DNA of 64,000 nt, taken from Eledone cirrhosa (lineage: Eukaryota). The stretch is from NCBI GenBank assembly GCA_964016885.1, contig OZ024746.1, positions 88,784,001-88,848,000 on the forward strand, given 5' to 3'. Position numbers and translations under genes: made by a program. The notes beneath the pieces were generated by a model. That model made no database searches. It worked only from the letters and a program-made list of their open reading frames with translations, and was not told the DNA's origin. This document shows positions 30,570 to 42,486 of this stretch, piece by piece; the first letter of the stretch is position 1; every line of letters begins with the position of its first letter.

Positions 30570-32760
30570 GCTCATGCAGCACTCGCGTAATGGAGAGATA
30601 GCATGCTTTCCAACAGACAAGTCTGGCAGAATGTCGGTTGACAGCCTGCCAAACTACATCCAGGCAATGCAACCCCACATCACTAACACAAGAGAGGTAA
30701 CACCACAGGAGCATGAGGATAGAGAAAAAACCCTCAATGCCCATATGGTGATGTGGACAAATATAATGCAGCCCAACAAAAGGACTGCCAACAACTTCCA
30801 GGCCTGGAACAATGACGTGCCGGCGTTGTATGGGCTTCGAAAACACCATAAAACGGGCTGGGACCCTGTCGCGGGACCACCAACACGGCCAGTCTGTGGG
30901 GCTAACATTGCTAGTAACTACAGACTGTCCTACTTCCTCTCCCTGATCATACGCCCCATCATTGAGATGTCCCCAGATGTGTGTGACAGCACGGAGGACC
31001 TCCTCAGCAGAATCGGCGCGGGTAACCGATCTGGGGACCTAACAAACTGCATAATAGGCAGTATGGATGTTGTGTCCCTGTATCCATCTATTGACGTGGA
31101 TTTTGCTGTGGAGAAATGCGTCGAAATGATCAGCGAGAGCAAGGTTGAGTTCCGTGGGATTGATACCAGTGAGCTGGGACTTCTACTTAAGCTTACCCAT
31201 AGTAATAGTTACGTAGACACTTATGACCTTAGCAACCTGTGCCCTACAAGACCAGCAAGAGGCAGACCACCTACCATTACCTCAATGGCCAAGAAAACCC
31301 ACACAGATAGATGGAACGGGTGGACCAGAGCCATACGGACACCCGAAAACCACGATGAACTGAAGAAAATGATTGCACATGCGGTAGGGGCCAGCATAAA
31401 ATTAACCCTTAAGGAACATATGTTCAAATTTAATGGTAAAACATATGCCCAAGAGGAAGGAGCAGCCATTGGTGTTAGCATTGCAGGCGACATAGCTAAC
31501 TTATTCATGGTATGGTGGGACAGTAGACTTAAACAAAAACTTAATGAACAATTAGAAGACAGCTTAACCCTGATAATGTACTCCCGCTACGTAGATGATA
31601 TAAACTTCGTAGTTAAGACACCCCCACTAAAGAATGGTCAGGAACTAGAGAAAAACACAATGGAAAGCATCCAGCAAATAGCAAACTCCATCCACCAGAG
31701 CATTAGAGTTACTATAGATTACCCAAGTAGACACCCCAACCATCGATTACCTGTACTAGACACAGAGCTCTGGTTAGATACAATTAACAACCAAAAACAA
31801 ATCCTCCATTCCCATTATGCACCCATGACTTCCAAACATCTGATCCACCGAAACTCGGCCATTTCGGACCATACCAAAATCAACATACTGATTGCGGATT
31901 TGGTACGGGTGATGAGAAATGTGTCCCGCATGTGCAACCCCGAAGAACTAGAGAGACACATACAACACTTCATCCACCGTATGCAGTTCTCTGGCTACAA
32001 TCAGAGAGATAGAATCAGAGTGTATAAAGGAGCCAGAACCAAATGGGAAAAAATGGTAAATAATGACATAAATGGGACCTGCCCCTTGTATAGGAGCAAA
32101 TTTTGGAATAGAATAGAAAGAACTAAGAACAAGGCCAATAGAATAAACTCATGGTATGATAGCAATAAATACCAGAGTGTAATGTTCATCAATACAACCC
32201 CTAGAGGCGAACTAGCCTACAAATTTAGAAGGGCCCTAAAGAAACATAATCTCAATATTAAGATAGTAGAAAGACCTGGTACCTCCGTAAAAACACTTAT
32301 TAGCAAGACATACCCGTTCCAAAGACCCTCATGTATAGATAAGAAATGTATAACCTGTAAAATAAGCCCCCATATTAACTGTAAAACTAGAAATGTAGTA
32401 TATAGCATAAGATGTACCGAAGGACAATGTAGAAACAAAAATATAGTGTACATAGGTGAGACAGCTCGTAGTATAGGGGAACGAATAAATGAACACTGGC
32501 GAGACTTCCAAGATAATAAAGAATCATCTGTGCTCTACCAACATGCTAAGATAGAACACAGGGGTAAATTAGAGAGCATAGAAATAAAAATAGAATCCAC
32601 ACACAAGAAATACGCAATGTTTAGGCAAATTACAGAGGCAGTAAGCATAAAAGAATTAAAACCAAAATTAAATAGAAAATATGAGTGGAACAGCAACATC
32701 ACAACTTACAATTACGGACAAAATGAAAACACACACATAGAACAAACAACTTACAATTGA
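30562..32760 (+). CDS. PLE reverse transcriptase / GIY-YIG endonuclease (732-aa open frame)
   Basis: PTDKSG, LYGLRKHHK, TRPV, SMDVVSLYPSI (A), QEEGAAIG..IANLFM (B'), SRYVDD (C), PVLD (E); linker C-x4-C-x2-C-x7-C; VVYSIRC..C..YIGET..R..EH..H..E..LN (GIY-YIG with CCHH). Confidence 0.93.
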   Translation: MRKLMQHSRNGEIACFPTDKSGRMSVDSLPNYIQAMQPHITNTREVTPQEHEDREKTLNAHMVMWTNIMQPNKRTANNFQAWNNDVPALYGLRKHHKTGWDPVAGPPTRPVCGANIASNYRLSYFLSLIIRPIIEMSPDVCDSTEDLLSRIGAGNRSGDLTNCIIGSMDVVSLYPSIDVDFAVEKCVEMISESKVEFRGIDTSELGLLLKLTHSNSYVDTYDLSNLCPTRPARGRPPTITSMAKKTHTDRWNGWTRAIRTPENHDELKKMIAHAVGASIKLTLKEHMFKFNGKTYAQEEGAAIGVSIAGDIANLFMVWWDSRLKQKLNEQLEDSLTLIMYSRYVDDINFVVKTPPLKNGQELEKNTMESIQQIANSIHQSIRVTIDYPSRHPNHRLPVLDTELWLDTINNQKQILHSHYAPMTSKHLIHRNSAISDHTKINILIADLVRVMRNVSRMCNPEELERHIQHFIHRMQFSGYNQRDRIRVYKGARTKWEKMVNNDINGTCPLYRSKFWNRIERTKNKANRINSWYDSNKYQSVMFINTTPRGELAYKFRRALKKHNLNIKIVERPGTSVKTLISKTYPFQRPSCIDKKCITCKISPHINCKTRNVVYSIRCTEGQCRNKNIVYIGETARSIGERINEHWRDFQDNKESSVLYQHAKIEHRGKLESIEIKIESTHKKYAMFRQITEAVSIKELKPKLNRKYEWNSNITTYNYGQNENTHIEQTTYN

Positions 32761-33016
32761 AAACACACACAAAATGAAAACACACACAAGACAAAATGAA
32801 AACACACACACACATAGAACAAACAACCAACCAACAATAAATAAATAAATAAACAAACAAATAGAAAAATATAAATAGAAAAATAGAAAAATGAACACAA
32901 ACACACACAGACACCCGGATGTGGCGCATGCGCAAACTGAGCACGCAACCCACACACAAACAAAATGGCGTAGGATAGAAGAAAGGAAAGGCACAGAAAC
33001 GAAGAAAGAAATCCCC

Positions 33017-33061
33017 AGTCACTGAAGAGGTCACAGAGTGTGTGACGAAAGAACTATGACT
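33017..33061 (+). ncRNA. Minimal type I hammerhead in pLTR
   Basis: AGTCA-CTGAAGA-g-GTCACA gagtg TGTGAC-GAAA-GAAC-TA-TGACT; 5-bp stem I, 6-bp stem II with an extra G after A9, vestigial stem III. Confidence 0.8.
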
Positions 33062-33274
33062 ATATATATATAAACAACTATCTGGTTGTGGAACCAACCA
33101 ACCAACCAGAAATTTATAAATTTGTAAATTTATAAATATTTAATAAATTAAATTGAAGTGAAAGCAACTGGTGCGTGTGTTTCTTATTGGCAACATGACC
33201 CTCCTAAAGTATAACAATATCGGTTTCAACACACGATTTCAGATAAAGAATCTTGCTAAACAAATTCAGAAACG

Positions 33275-33329
<55 letters not shown>

Positions 33330-33341
33330 CAATGATATTAA

Positions 33342-33432
33342 ATAAAGGGAAACTATATTTATAAAACCATATGTATTATATTATATATATTTCAATGGTA
33401 CCAAAAACTTTGGTGCGCTTCCATCAGATAAC
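33342..33432 (-). repeat. pLTR fragment of the 1765 HHR family, with a degenerate hammerhead
   Basis: The - strand reads ttat-CTGATGG-aagcgcaccaaag...ggtaccatt-GAAA-tatata-ta-ata. Confidence 0.65.
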
Positions 33433-33508
33433 ATACAAAGAGTGTTTTATAAATGTTGACATAGCCAAGGAAAACATACCTTATCAGTTGAATTTTCCTT
33501 GGCATATA

Positions 33509-33540
<32 letters not shown>

Positions 33541-33541
<1 letters not shown>

Positions 33542-33858
33542 TTCGTTTCTGAATTTGTTTAGCAAGATTCTTTATCTGAAATCGTGTGTTGAAACCGATA
33601 TTGTTATACTTTGGGAGGGTCATGTTGCTAATAAGAAACACACGCACCAGCTGCTTTCACTTCAATTTATTATAATAAATTTATAATAAATTTATAAATT
33701 TGTAAATTTCTGGTTGGTTGGTTGGTTCCACAACCAGATAGTTGTTTATATATTGTCATAGTTCTTTCGTCACACACTCTGTGACCTCTTCAGTGAATGG
33801 GGATTCCTTTCTTTGTTTTTGTGCCTCTCCTTTGTTCTGTCCTACGCCATTTTGTTTT
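33541..33858 (-). mobile_element. Solo pLTR of the main PLE family (hammerhead at 33755-33797), tail-to-tail with the right arm
   Basis: Reverse complement of ~32955-33277 with scattered differences; ends at (TA)n. Confidence 0.92.
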
Positions 33859-34764
33859 ACCTTTTGGTCTCTATAACATCAAATCACTAGCATCAAAATA
33901 ACTTACACCGGATATCATTAACTATACAGAACGTCACTGTATTCTACGAGTTGATATATAAATGAAATAAATGGGTTTCATATCATCGAAGATGGAAGCA
34001 TTACTAAGAGTACGTTATATTAGTGTTACAACATCACAATCTTTGATCCTAAGAAATGTACTACCCAACTCTGATATAAGTTCTAATATTTCTGATTATA
34101 TGAAAAGTCATTTTCCAGCATTATTTACTATGTTGTTTAATTTTAGATGAGATATTGTAAAGATAAAAGATTGATCCGGTATATCTATTCCAATACATGA
34201 TTATTTAATTCTGACCTCAGAGGGTTTATTCCCTTTCACGTAAATGTTCAAAGAAATATATTTCTTCTTATGATTGCGAATTAAGAAGAGGAAATTTCCA
34301 GGGACTGAATATCCTATCAAAACGAAATTCCCACGTCAGTGCAAAGAGAAACCATACCAATTAATTATAGAGGATATGTTTATTCATGTTCTTAGATTAG
34401 TGTTTAACAGAAGCCTTCCAACAAGGAAATATTATTGAAAATGTTAACTAACCTTCAAAATATTGCACTTTAAATATTCTGATGTAAGACGCCTAAATAC
34501 AGGTTTAAGTAGTAAATGTCATATGTAGGATTGAAAGTCTTATATGTTTCCAAAAGAAACGGTATTGTGAAACTGATCAATATGTAATTTGCTTCAACGC
34601 ACATATGCCCTTTCGGCATAATAGCACTTTATGAAAATGTAATTCTTAGACATATATTATTTCGTTCATGTTTGAAATCCAACTTCGTCACATGTTTTAT
34701 GACTTTTATCCTGAAGTGTGAATAAGCCGGATTCAGTGGTAGATACACACTATTAGAATATATT

Positions 34765-35495
34765 TCAATGCATTCTTCCACAGCAAAATTAACGTTGATG
34801 GATGGGTATATGGACACTGCATACATGCTACCAATTTTACAGCCTGTCATAGACAGGTTGCATTCGTTGATTCTGCTGAGGAAGTCATACGTGAGTCACA
34901 TAAATCTGGAGACATTTCGATGATAGGACGTATGATCAGGGAAAGCAAATAGGAGAGACTCTAGTTGCTAGAAATGTTAGCCCCACAGACTGGCTGTTTT
35001 TGTCGTCCTGTGGCTGGGTGACTATTTACCTTGTGGTCTTTGCGAAGCACATACTGCGTCGGTACATTAAACAGAAAACATAAGTGGAATAGCGACATCA
35101 GAAGTAGAATTTAAGGACAAAACGAATACATAGAGACACACAAAAAATACTAACTAATCTGCCACACATAAATAGTACAACCGACTAACTAGTGACAAGC
35201 AAATAAACACATAAATAAATAAATAAACACACACACAACTGGATGTAACGCATGCGCAAACTAAGTATACATCACACAACACACAAACACAAGAGGGTGT
35301 AGGACACAACAAAGGAGGGACAGAAAATAAAAACCTAGTCACTGAGGATGTCACAGAATGTGTGTCAAAATAGGTTTGGCAATATATAAACAACATTCTC
35401 GCTATCGAGCCAACGACCCAACTGGAAACTTTTAATAAATTGCAGTGAAAACCAACAGGTGCGTGTGTTTTTACTGGCAGCATGAGCTACCCCTC
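34765..35495. mobile_element. Older relative of the main PLE: inverted RT fragment (-, 34765-35068) joined to the + strand ORF end and pLTR (35069-35495)
   Basis: - frame GCKIGSMYAVSIYPSINVNFAVEECIEI aligns with NCIIGSMDVVSLYPSIDVDFAVEKCVEM; + strand NRKHKWNSDI and agtca-ctgagga-tgtcacagaatgtgtgtc align with 32670-33050. Confidence 0.85.
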
Positions 35496-35514
35496 ACCCT
35501 CAGCATATATATAT

Positions 35515-37730
35515 GTAAAATAAAATAAAATAAATAAGTCAAATGTTTAAAATTTGGCTTCGTTTATTACTGCTATATATATTTCGCTGACGGCCATCTT
35601 TGGCAGTGACCTCTTCAAGGCAGTCCGAATTAGTGTGGTAGAGACGAGTATACATGTTGTTGAGGTGTATAACATTGTCAATACTCTGATATGCCCAGTT
35701 GGGTTGTTATTTCAATGAGGAACTGGAATCATATGAATTACAACAAACGAATTTCAGCGTCAAAGGGCCTCTTCCCCTCTTATTGGTCAGTTGTTAGAAC
35801 ATTCCTCAGTCAAAAGTCTATAGAAATTCGTTCTGAGGCAAGTCAATCTGTAGTTCTTGTTCTTGTTATTGTTAGATACATCTCAACTCTATTCTTGTGT
35901 TGGTAGTGGTGTTATTGTTGGAGTCAGCTAAAAAAGTGTGATAAAGTGGTAGAAGGAATAAGATGGTAACGGAACAAAATAAAATAAAATAATCGAATAA
36001 AATGTGTGTGTGTGTGTTATACCCATCTCAATGTTATAAAGATTTGTAAGGTCAAACTTCCCATTGGTCAGTTTTGAGAGCATTCCTCAGTCCAAAGTCT
36101 ATAGATATTTTTTCTGGGGTGAGGCTCCCTGTAGTGTTTGAGTTTGCTATTGTTAAGTACATCATACCTCTACGCTTATTTTGGTAGTGTTGTTGGAGTT
36201 GTGTTAAGCTTATGTCTTGCTGCTGCTGACAATTTAGAAGTATATGTGTGTGTGTTTCTTCACCTCTCCTGCCACCATCTCCCGTGGTGGTGTTTTTGCC
36301 CTATATATGAAGAAATAGAAGGCAATAAAATGAACTAAACAGAAAATAAATAGTAGATAGAGAATACACGAAAAATTAATGAGAAGTTAATGAAAAAGTA
36401 ATGAAAAGTGAATATGGAATATGAAAAATGAAAATGAAAAGTGACAAATAAAATGAAGATTAGAATAAAATAAGATAAAATGTGTGTGTGCTATAACCAA
36501 TCTCAAGGTCAGAAATATGTTGGATAGATTGGTAGGAGGTACAAGATGGTAAAAGAATAAAACGAAATAGGATAATCAAATAAAATGTGTGTGTGTTATA
36601 ACCAATTTCAACTTAAATATAAATATAAGGTGATAAAGTGAAGAAAACAGAAAACAAATAAGAAATGAATAATGAGAAATCAAAATTGAAAAATCAAAAA
36701 TAAAATCAGGTAAATTAAAATGTGTGTGTGTTATATAGATGTTGGCCAAATTATAAAGGCTGTCGGAATCAATCTCTAGGCTATCATGGTGCCTGCTCAG
36801 CCTGGGTTGGTCCCTATGGCTTGAGGGGAGTTCCCAATCTATGGTGTTGTTATGCCCATATAGCTTGAGGGAGGTTTGGCCGGGAGGTGTCTACATGTTC
36901 TGGAGAAGTCCCTATAGCTTGAGGTGAGTTCACATTTTATTGTGTTGCTACTGTCCATATATCTTGAGGAAGGTCCCGGCCCTGAGGTGTCGGCATGTCT
37001 CGAAGAAGTCGGTTCTGAGGTTTATCAGGCCACTTCTACCTCTTATTATCTCGAGGGTCTCGTTCAGACATAGTTTGCATACGCAAGATACCCCTTTATC
37101 GTGTGGTAGTTTCCTGATTTTGGACCAGGCCAGAGTATACGGGGTCCTGCCCAGCTTAAGCTTCCAGATCAGGTCGGAGAGAGCCGTACTTTTCCTTTTG
37201 GCCTCATTTTTAAGGAATGGCGATGGTTATACCAGCGGTCTTTAAAGCTCGTTGATGTGGATCCTATGTAGAGGTGTTCGCAGTTGGGGGTTTTAACCCT
37301 ATAAGCGTATACTTAGTTCTTCATAAGGGATTCAATACCAAGGGGGCATGATTCGGGGTTTCTGCAGTTGCAAAGTGTGTCGAACTCTGCGTGCCTAGAT
37401 TGGGGTTCCCGTTAGGTGTTGTATGTTGGTCTTCCCCCAGGCGCGGTAGAGGGTCGTCGGGTCTGTTTGGGTTTCTTGAGTGGGCACTGGGTCCCCCCTT
37501 CCCTCCTTTCACATGGTTCTGGTGAAGGCTTGTATTGCCAAATTCTGGTTGCGTTTGGTTTTTAAGCCTACTCCTGTTGAAGCTAGCTATGTGTTAGGCC
37601 AGATTTCTTGTGGTGGAATACGAGAGCTTCACAGTGTGTCTGATGAAGATCTGTTGGTATCTATGGTCCCTCGGGAAGCATTTATCAAGTACTCGAAATA
37701 ATGATAGGGCCGCTGAGTAGTGTGGGTACC
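35515..37730 (-). mobile_element. Second, diverged copy of the 7.2-10.5 kb Hydra-like PLE (EN region, 3' UTR, pLTR)
   Basis: LDKCFPRDHRYQQIFIRHTVKLSYSTTRN, YIGST and CRH segments; 35525-35910 is the reverse complement of ~9990-10390. Confidence 0.88.
35570..35623 (-). ncRNA. Hammerhead motif, diverged copy of 10284-10336
   Basis: The - strand reads ctgc-ct-TGAAGA-ggtcactgccaaagatggccgtcagc-GAAA-tatata-TA-gcag (1-nt insertion in the core). Confidence 0.7.
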
Positions 37731-38266
37731 TACTCCTCCCCCTAAAAATATTACCATTAGCTGTTGTAGTAGTAGACTCAGTGACTGCTATGATAGTAGT
37801 GACAACCAACCCCTCACAGCCCCACATTGTTCATAGGTATTGAACAACATTGAATATTATGACCGATACCAAAATAAACTATATAAAAATTAGATAAAAA
37901 TACATTATATAAACTAATTAAATAATTAAGCACAAGATGAAAGAAATAATTGGATGAATTTTATCTGGCTGTACATCGCAGAAAATAGTCTGTATCATTT
38001 GTCTATTATTTCTTCATAGTTACATTTTAAACTTATAGCCTTGTTTAAATGATTTTTTTATGTGGTTGATTTATACGGACTAAGAAGAGGAAATGCTGTA
38101 TATATTTTATCTAATAGGTTTTCAAACTTGCAATTTTATATATAGCTCTGATTAATGATAATTTGCTTAATTAATTTTCATTGAGCCACACCCTGAAAAG
38201 TAGCCAAACTCACATATGTATCTGTGACTATGTCTAATTATATACATATACCCCTTTGAATTTAAC

Positions 38267-38309
<43 letters not shown>

Positions 38310-38310
38310 G

Positions 38311-38501
38311 TAATAATTGTTTCTACTTATGGCACAAGGCCAGCAATTACCAAGTACATTAACGGTACTTTATTTTATCGACTCCGTAAGAGTGAAAAGC
38401 AAGTTAACCTTGGCTGCATTCGAACTTAGACTGTAAAGGGACGTAACTAAGCTAGAAAGCATAGCGTCCAACCCTCTACCGATGCGGCCAATTCACCGCC
38501 T
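38311..38501 (-). mobile_element. SINE family A (diverged)
   Basis: Colinear with the other copies. Confidence 0.82.
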
Positions 38502-39947
38502 TATATAGTAATAATAAAAGTGAAGACTAACATCCGAGGAGAGTTCGATAAGGATTACATATATATAAAATATATATACACATGTTGAGCGAACATGTAT
38601 ATACAGCAGTTTATGCAATCTTTCTATTTCCAAATGAATTGTGTGTTATTGTGAAGAGTTGTTTATTGCAGTACGTGTCTTCCCCTTTGGAATGTATGAG
38701 TCATTTGGGAACGTCTGCCGATGCATTGTTACTCATAGAAGGTTACATGCTCATTTAATATAGTTTCTTAATCAATTTGCTGCCTGCAAGTCAACGTGTA
38801 ATGAAATCTATGTATGATTTTGTGTTTATTAGCAAGCTACATGAGTTGCATTTGTCCACATCTTATTATAATAAACTACTATTCTGCTCACATAATTATC
38901 GTGTTGTTTGTATACACAATTACACGTGAGGTGCGTTGGGGCAGCATCTTATTGTTGTCTATTACACATAATTTTCCCACTTGAGGCAATAGTAGACACA
39001 GTAAGCTCTTATGATGTGGCCTTGCAGAATTGAGGAAGACATTTTATTTTACTTTGCTCCAGTCAGGAGTTGAAAATTAGTTGCGACGACACAGTTGTTA
39101 CGGTTTATTGGCCGTTTTCTTTCCCTTGCATTTCATCGTTGTCTTTGAGAGGGGATATTAATGTTCATGGACATCTGATAGCTTTACAGGAGCACACAAG
39201 GTGCAATGTCAAGATCAGTGGTGATCGAATGGGGTTAAACTCAGGAGTTAGCTGTATACATTGAACCAATATCTATGACGAGGATAATACAAACTTGCTT
39301 ACTAAATGTTATAAGGAATTTCTTGAGAATCGGAATGGGGTTAACAAGGTAATTGCAATATGTGTCCAGAGAAAGATAAAAAGTATCAACATAGAAATAT
39401 TTAAAAAATCACACGATTTAAATATTGTATATAATAGGGTTTTTTCAGGATGATTTATAAATATAGTAAACACGTTTTCATTTTTTTTATTCCAATATAT
39501 AATATGTATATCCAAATAACATTTTACAATTTTGGAAACGAAGAAACAAAATAGAATTTGTTGCAAGTATGACAGATAGTAATTTTCTAACGGAACGCAT
39601 AGCAAATCAGTTTCACGAAGCCAACAAAAGTTTACCTTCATACAATGAGGTAAAACGCATACACGCATACACAAACATAGTAACCATGTACACACACCCA
39701 CTCGCACAATAACATATAAGTTGTGGATAACTTGTTTTTTATGAAAAGTTGTTTACATATATACATATAAATATCCATAAATACATATATATAAATATAC
39801 ATATCTACACACACACACACACATTTATATTTATATTTATATTTATATATATATATATATACCTAAGCACACAAAAGCACACTCACGCACGTATGAGATA
39901 ATTATATTTGTAAGCATATTTGAGAATAAATATGGTATAAATATGAT

Positions 39948-40001
<54 letters not shown>

Positions 40002-40014
40002 GGTGTGTGTGGGT

Positions 40015-40053
<39 letters not shown>

Positions 40054-40893
40054 TGTGTGTGTGTGTATGTGTCTGTGTGTGTCTATGTGTACGTACATTA
40101 TGTAGATGTATATTTATACATATAATTATGTATATATATATATTTGTGTGCATGTGTGTGTGCGTGCAATGCTAAATCCTTTTGTCTTTGAATGCCTGTC
40201 AAATTTAAATAGGATTCCATGCGCGAAATCCTTGCATTTAAAAACAGTACATTCAGATTAATACAAGCTGAAGGAAAAAAATCGAATAATCTATTATGTT
40301 TTGTGTTTCTATTTTATTATAGATCATTATTTTCTGTTTTGATTTTGATCAGTTATTTTTTTATTTGCAATTAACTATGCTCCAGTGGATTAAGATTCCA
40401 CCTGAACTGCGTCGAATGCCTATGCACTACAAATCTTTGCATGATAAGAAGCAATATTTTGTTAATTCAAATCAGATTTCAGTTCAGGTTAATATCACAT
40501 ATTTTACAAATTTGATATTAACCTTAACTCTTGTTTTGTTTAAAGGGTAAATAATTATTAGTATTAATAACAAATACACAAGCACCATTGATGCATTCTT
40601 TCTCTCAATTATTGAATTTTGCAGTTTTATTCTCATTTCAATAGCTGACTGTTTCGTTTATTGGCTCTTGACAAACAGCTTCCTCTAGCATACATTTCTT
40701 CTACAAAATTATAATATAGTACTCTTTCTGTCTATACACACATGAAAATACCTGCAAGTATATGTTTGTATGTGTGAAATATGCGATGTGTGTCTGCATG
40801 TAATCTTTTGCGCGCACTCAATGTTCAATGCATTTAGGATAACAACCACGTTTAGAATTAAATATTGAATTAGACAGCTCCACTATATATATA

Positions 40894-40929
<36 letters not shown>

Positions 40930-40936
40930 CATACAT

Positions 40937-40990
<54 letters not shown>

Positions 40991-41790
40991 AATTATTTAA
41001 TTAATTCGTCATTGAGCCACACTGTGAATAGTTGCCAAAAACATATATATATATATTTCTATAGCCTTGTCTAGTTTATATGTAAATACCCTTTGAAATT
41101 TATATAGTCCTGTAGTGTTGAGTAAAACTTTAAGCAGTATTCTGCTGCGCTTTCTAGCAACCAGCCTACTAGCCAACATGATGATTTCCATCCTCGTTGA
41201 TTTATACAAGATCGGATATGACCCAAAACGGAATGAAACTGCCTGTAGTAGAGATGTTTTGATGAGTTTGGTGTGCATTTTTCTACTAACTTTGACTTTG
41301 GAACTAATTATGTATGGTTAACTATATGTATTGTCAATTTCTACAGGCTATCAGATATAATAGGTACATTTTCTATAGCTGTGAGTCCGGATAAAGAGCT
41401 GTATCATTTATCTATTATTTCTTCATAGGTATATTTTAAACCTATAGCCTCGTTTAAATGAGTTTTTCTATGGTTAATTTATGTTGATTGGGAGAAGAAA
41501 TACTGTATATATTATATATAATGATTCTATGGACTTACTTTATATATTTCTTTCCTATTTCTACCCCCCATTGTTCTACCTACCGTTCCGACTTCCTCCC
41601 CCTCCCCCTCCCCTGTATCTTCTTTGACCTCATGCCCAGCTGTAGCTGGCACTACCAACGCTTGATTGGGTCTACTCCACCCCCTCCCCTCTTTCTCCTA
41701 CTGGCAGGTTTAGCCACCATCTCCCCTACTAATTTGCAACCACAGAATTACTACTGATTTTTGACAATCACTTTGACCATATATGGAATT

Positions 41791-41884
41791 ACCCCTTGAG
41801 AAGATCGGCTATTTAAGTACCAGGATAAATTTTCATTTAGTCCAGAATTAGCCGTCGAAACGGCTTGAGCTCAGCTGTCGGGGT
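41791..41884 (+). ncRNA. Full type I hammerhead with U3-A8 core and GUC cleavage triplet
   Basis: ACCCC-TTGAGAA-GAtCGGCTA(~35 nt)TAGCCGTC-GAAA-CGGCTTGAGCTCAGCTG-TC-GGGGT. Confidence 0.82.
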
Positions 41885-41975
41885 CTTACTGGTTCCTATT
41901 ACCCACTCTACTACCTCAAGTATTGAGTACTTTGGTGCGTTATGGTCCACCTGGTTCCTTACCACATTTCCTTCG

Positions 41976-42036
<61 letters not shown>

Positions 42037-42072
42037 AGTGTGTGTGTGTGTGTGTGTGTGTCTTTGTAACCG

Positions 42073-42123
<51 letters not shown>

Positions 42124-42300
42124 TAAGTGTATGTATACATGAACGGATGTATTTTTAGTATGTTTATATATATTTACATATTTATATAAGCATGTTCTGG
42201 TGTGCATACTTGTATATCCATCGATTTAATAACATCGATAAACCTTATGATTTATCAAAGGATCATCACACAATTTGTCACAAACTTTATGATCAGTCCA

Positions 42301-42486
42301 ATAATTGTTTCTACTTTAGGCACAAGGCCAGCAATTACCCAGTGCATTACTGATACTTTATTTTATCGACCCCGTAAGGATGAAAGGCAAAGTCAACCAT
42401 GCGGGATTTGAACTCAGATCGTAAAGGGACGTAACTATGCTGGAAAGCATGGCGTCCGACCCTCTACCGATACTGCCAATCCACCA
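42301..42486 (-). mobile_element. SINE family A
   Basis: Near-identical to 22290-22468. Confidence 0.88.

Larger units (their letters stand above)
29917..33277 (+). mobile_element. Penelope-like element, right arm (C-terminal EN+, Cys-rich linker, Neptune-like architecture)
   Basis: RT + GIY-YIG ORF, 3' UTR, HHR-bearing pLTR, ends at (TA)n at 33277. Confidence 0.95.
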
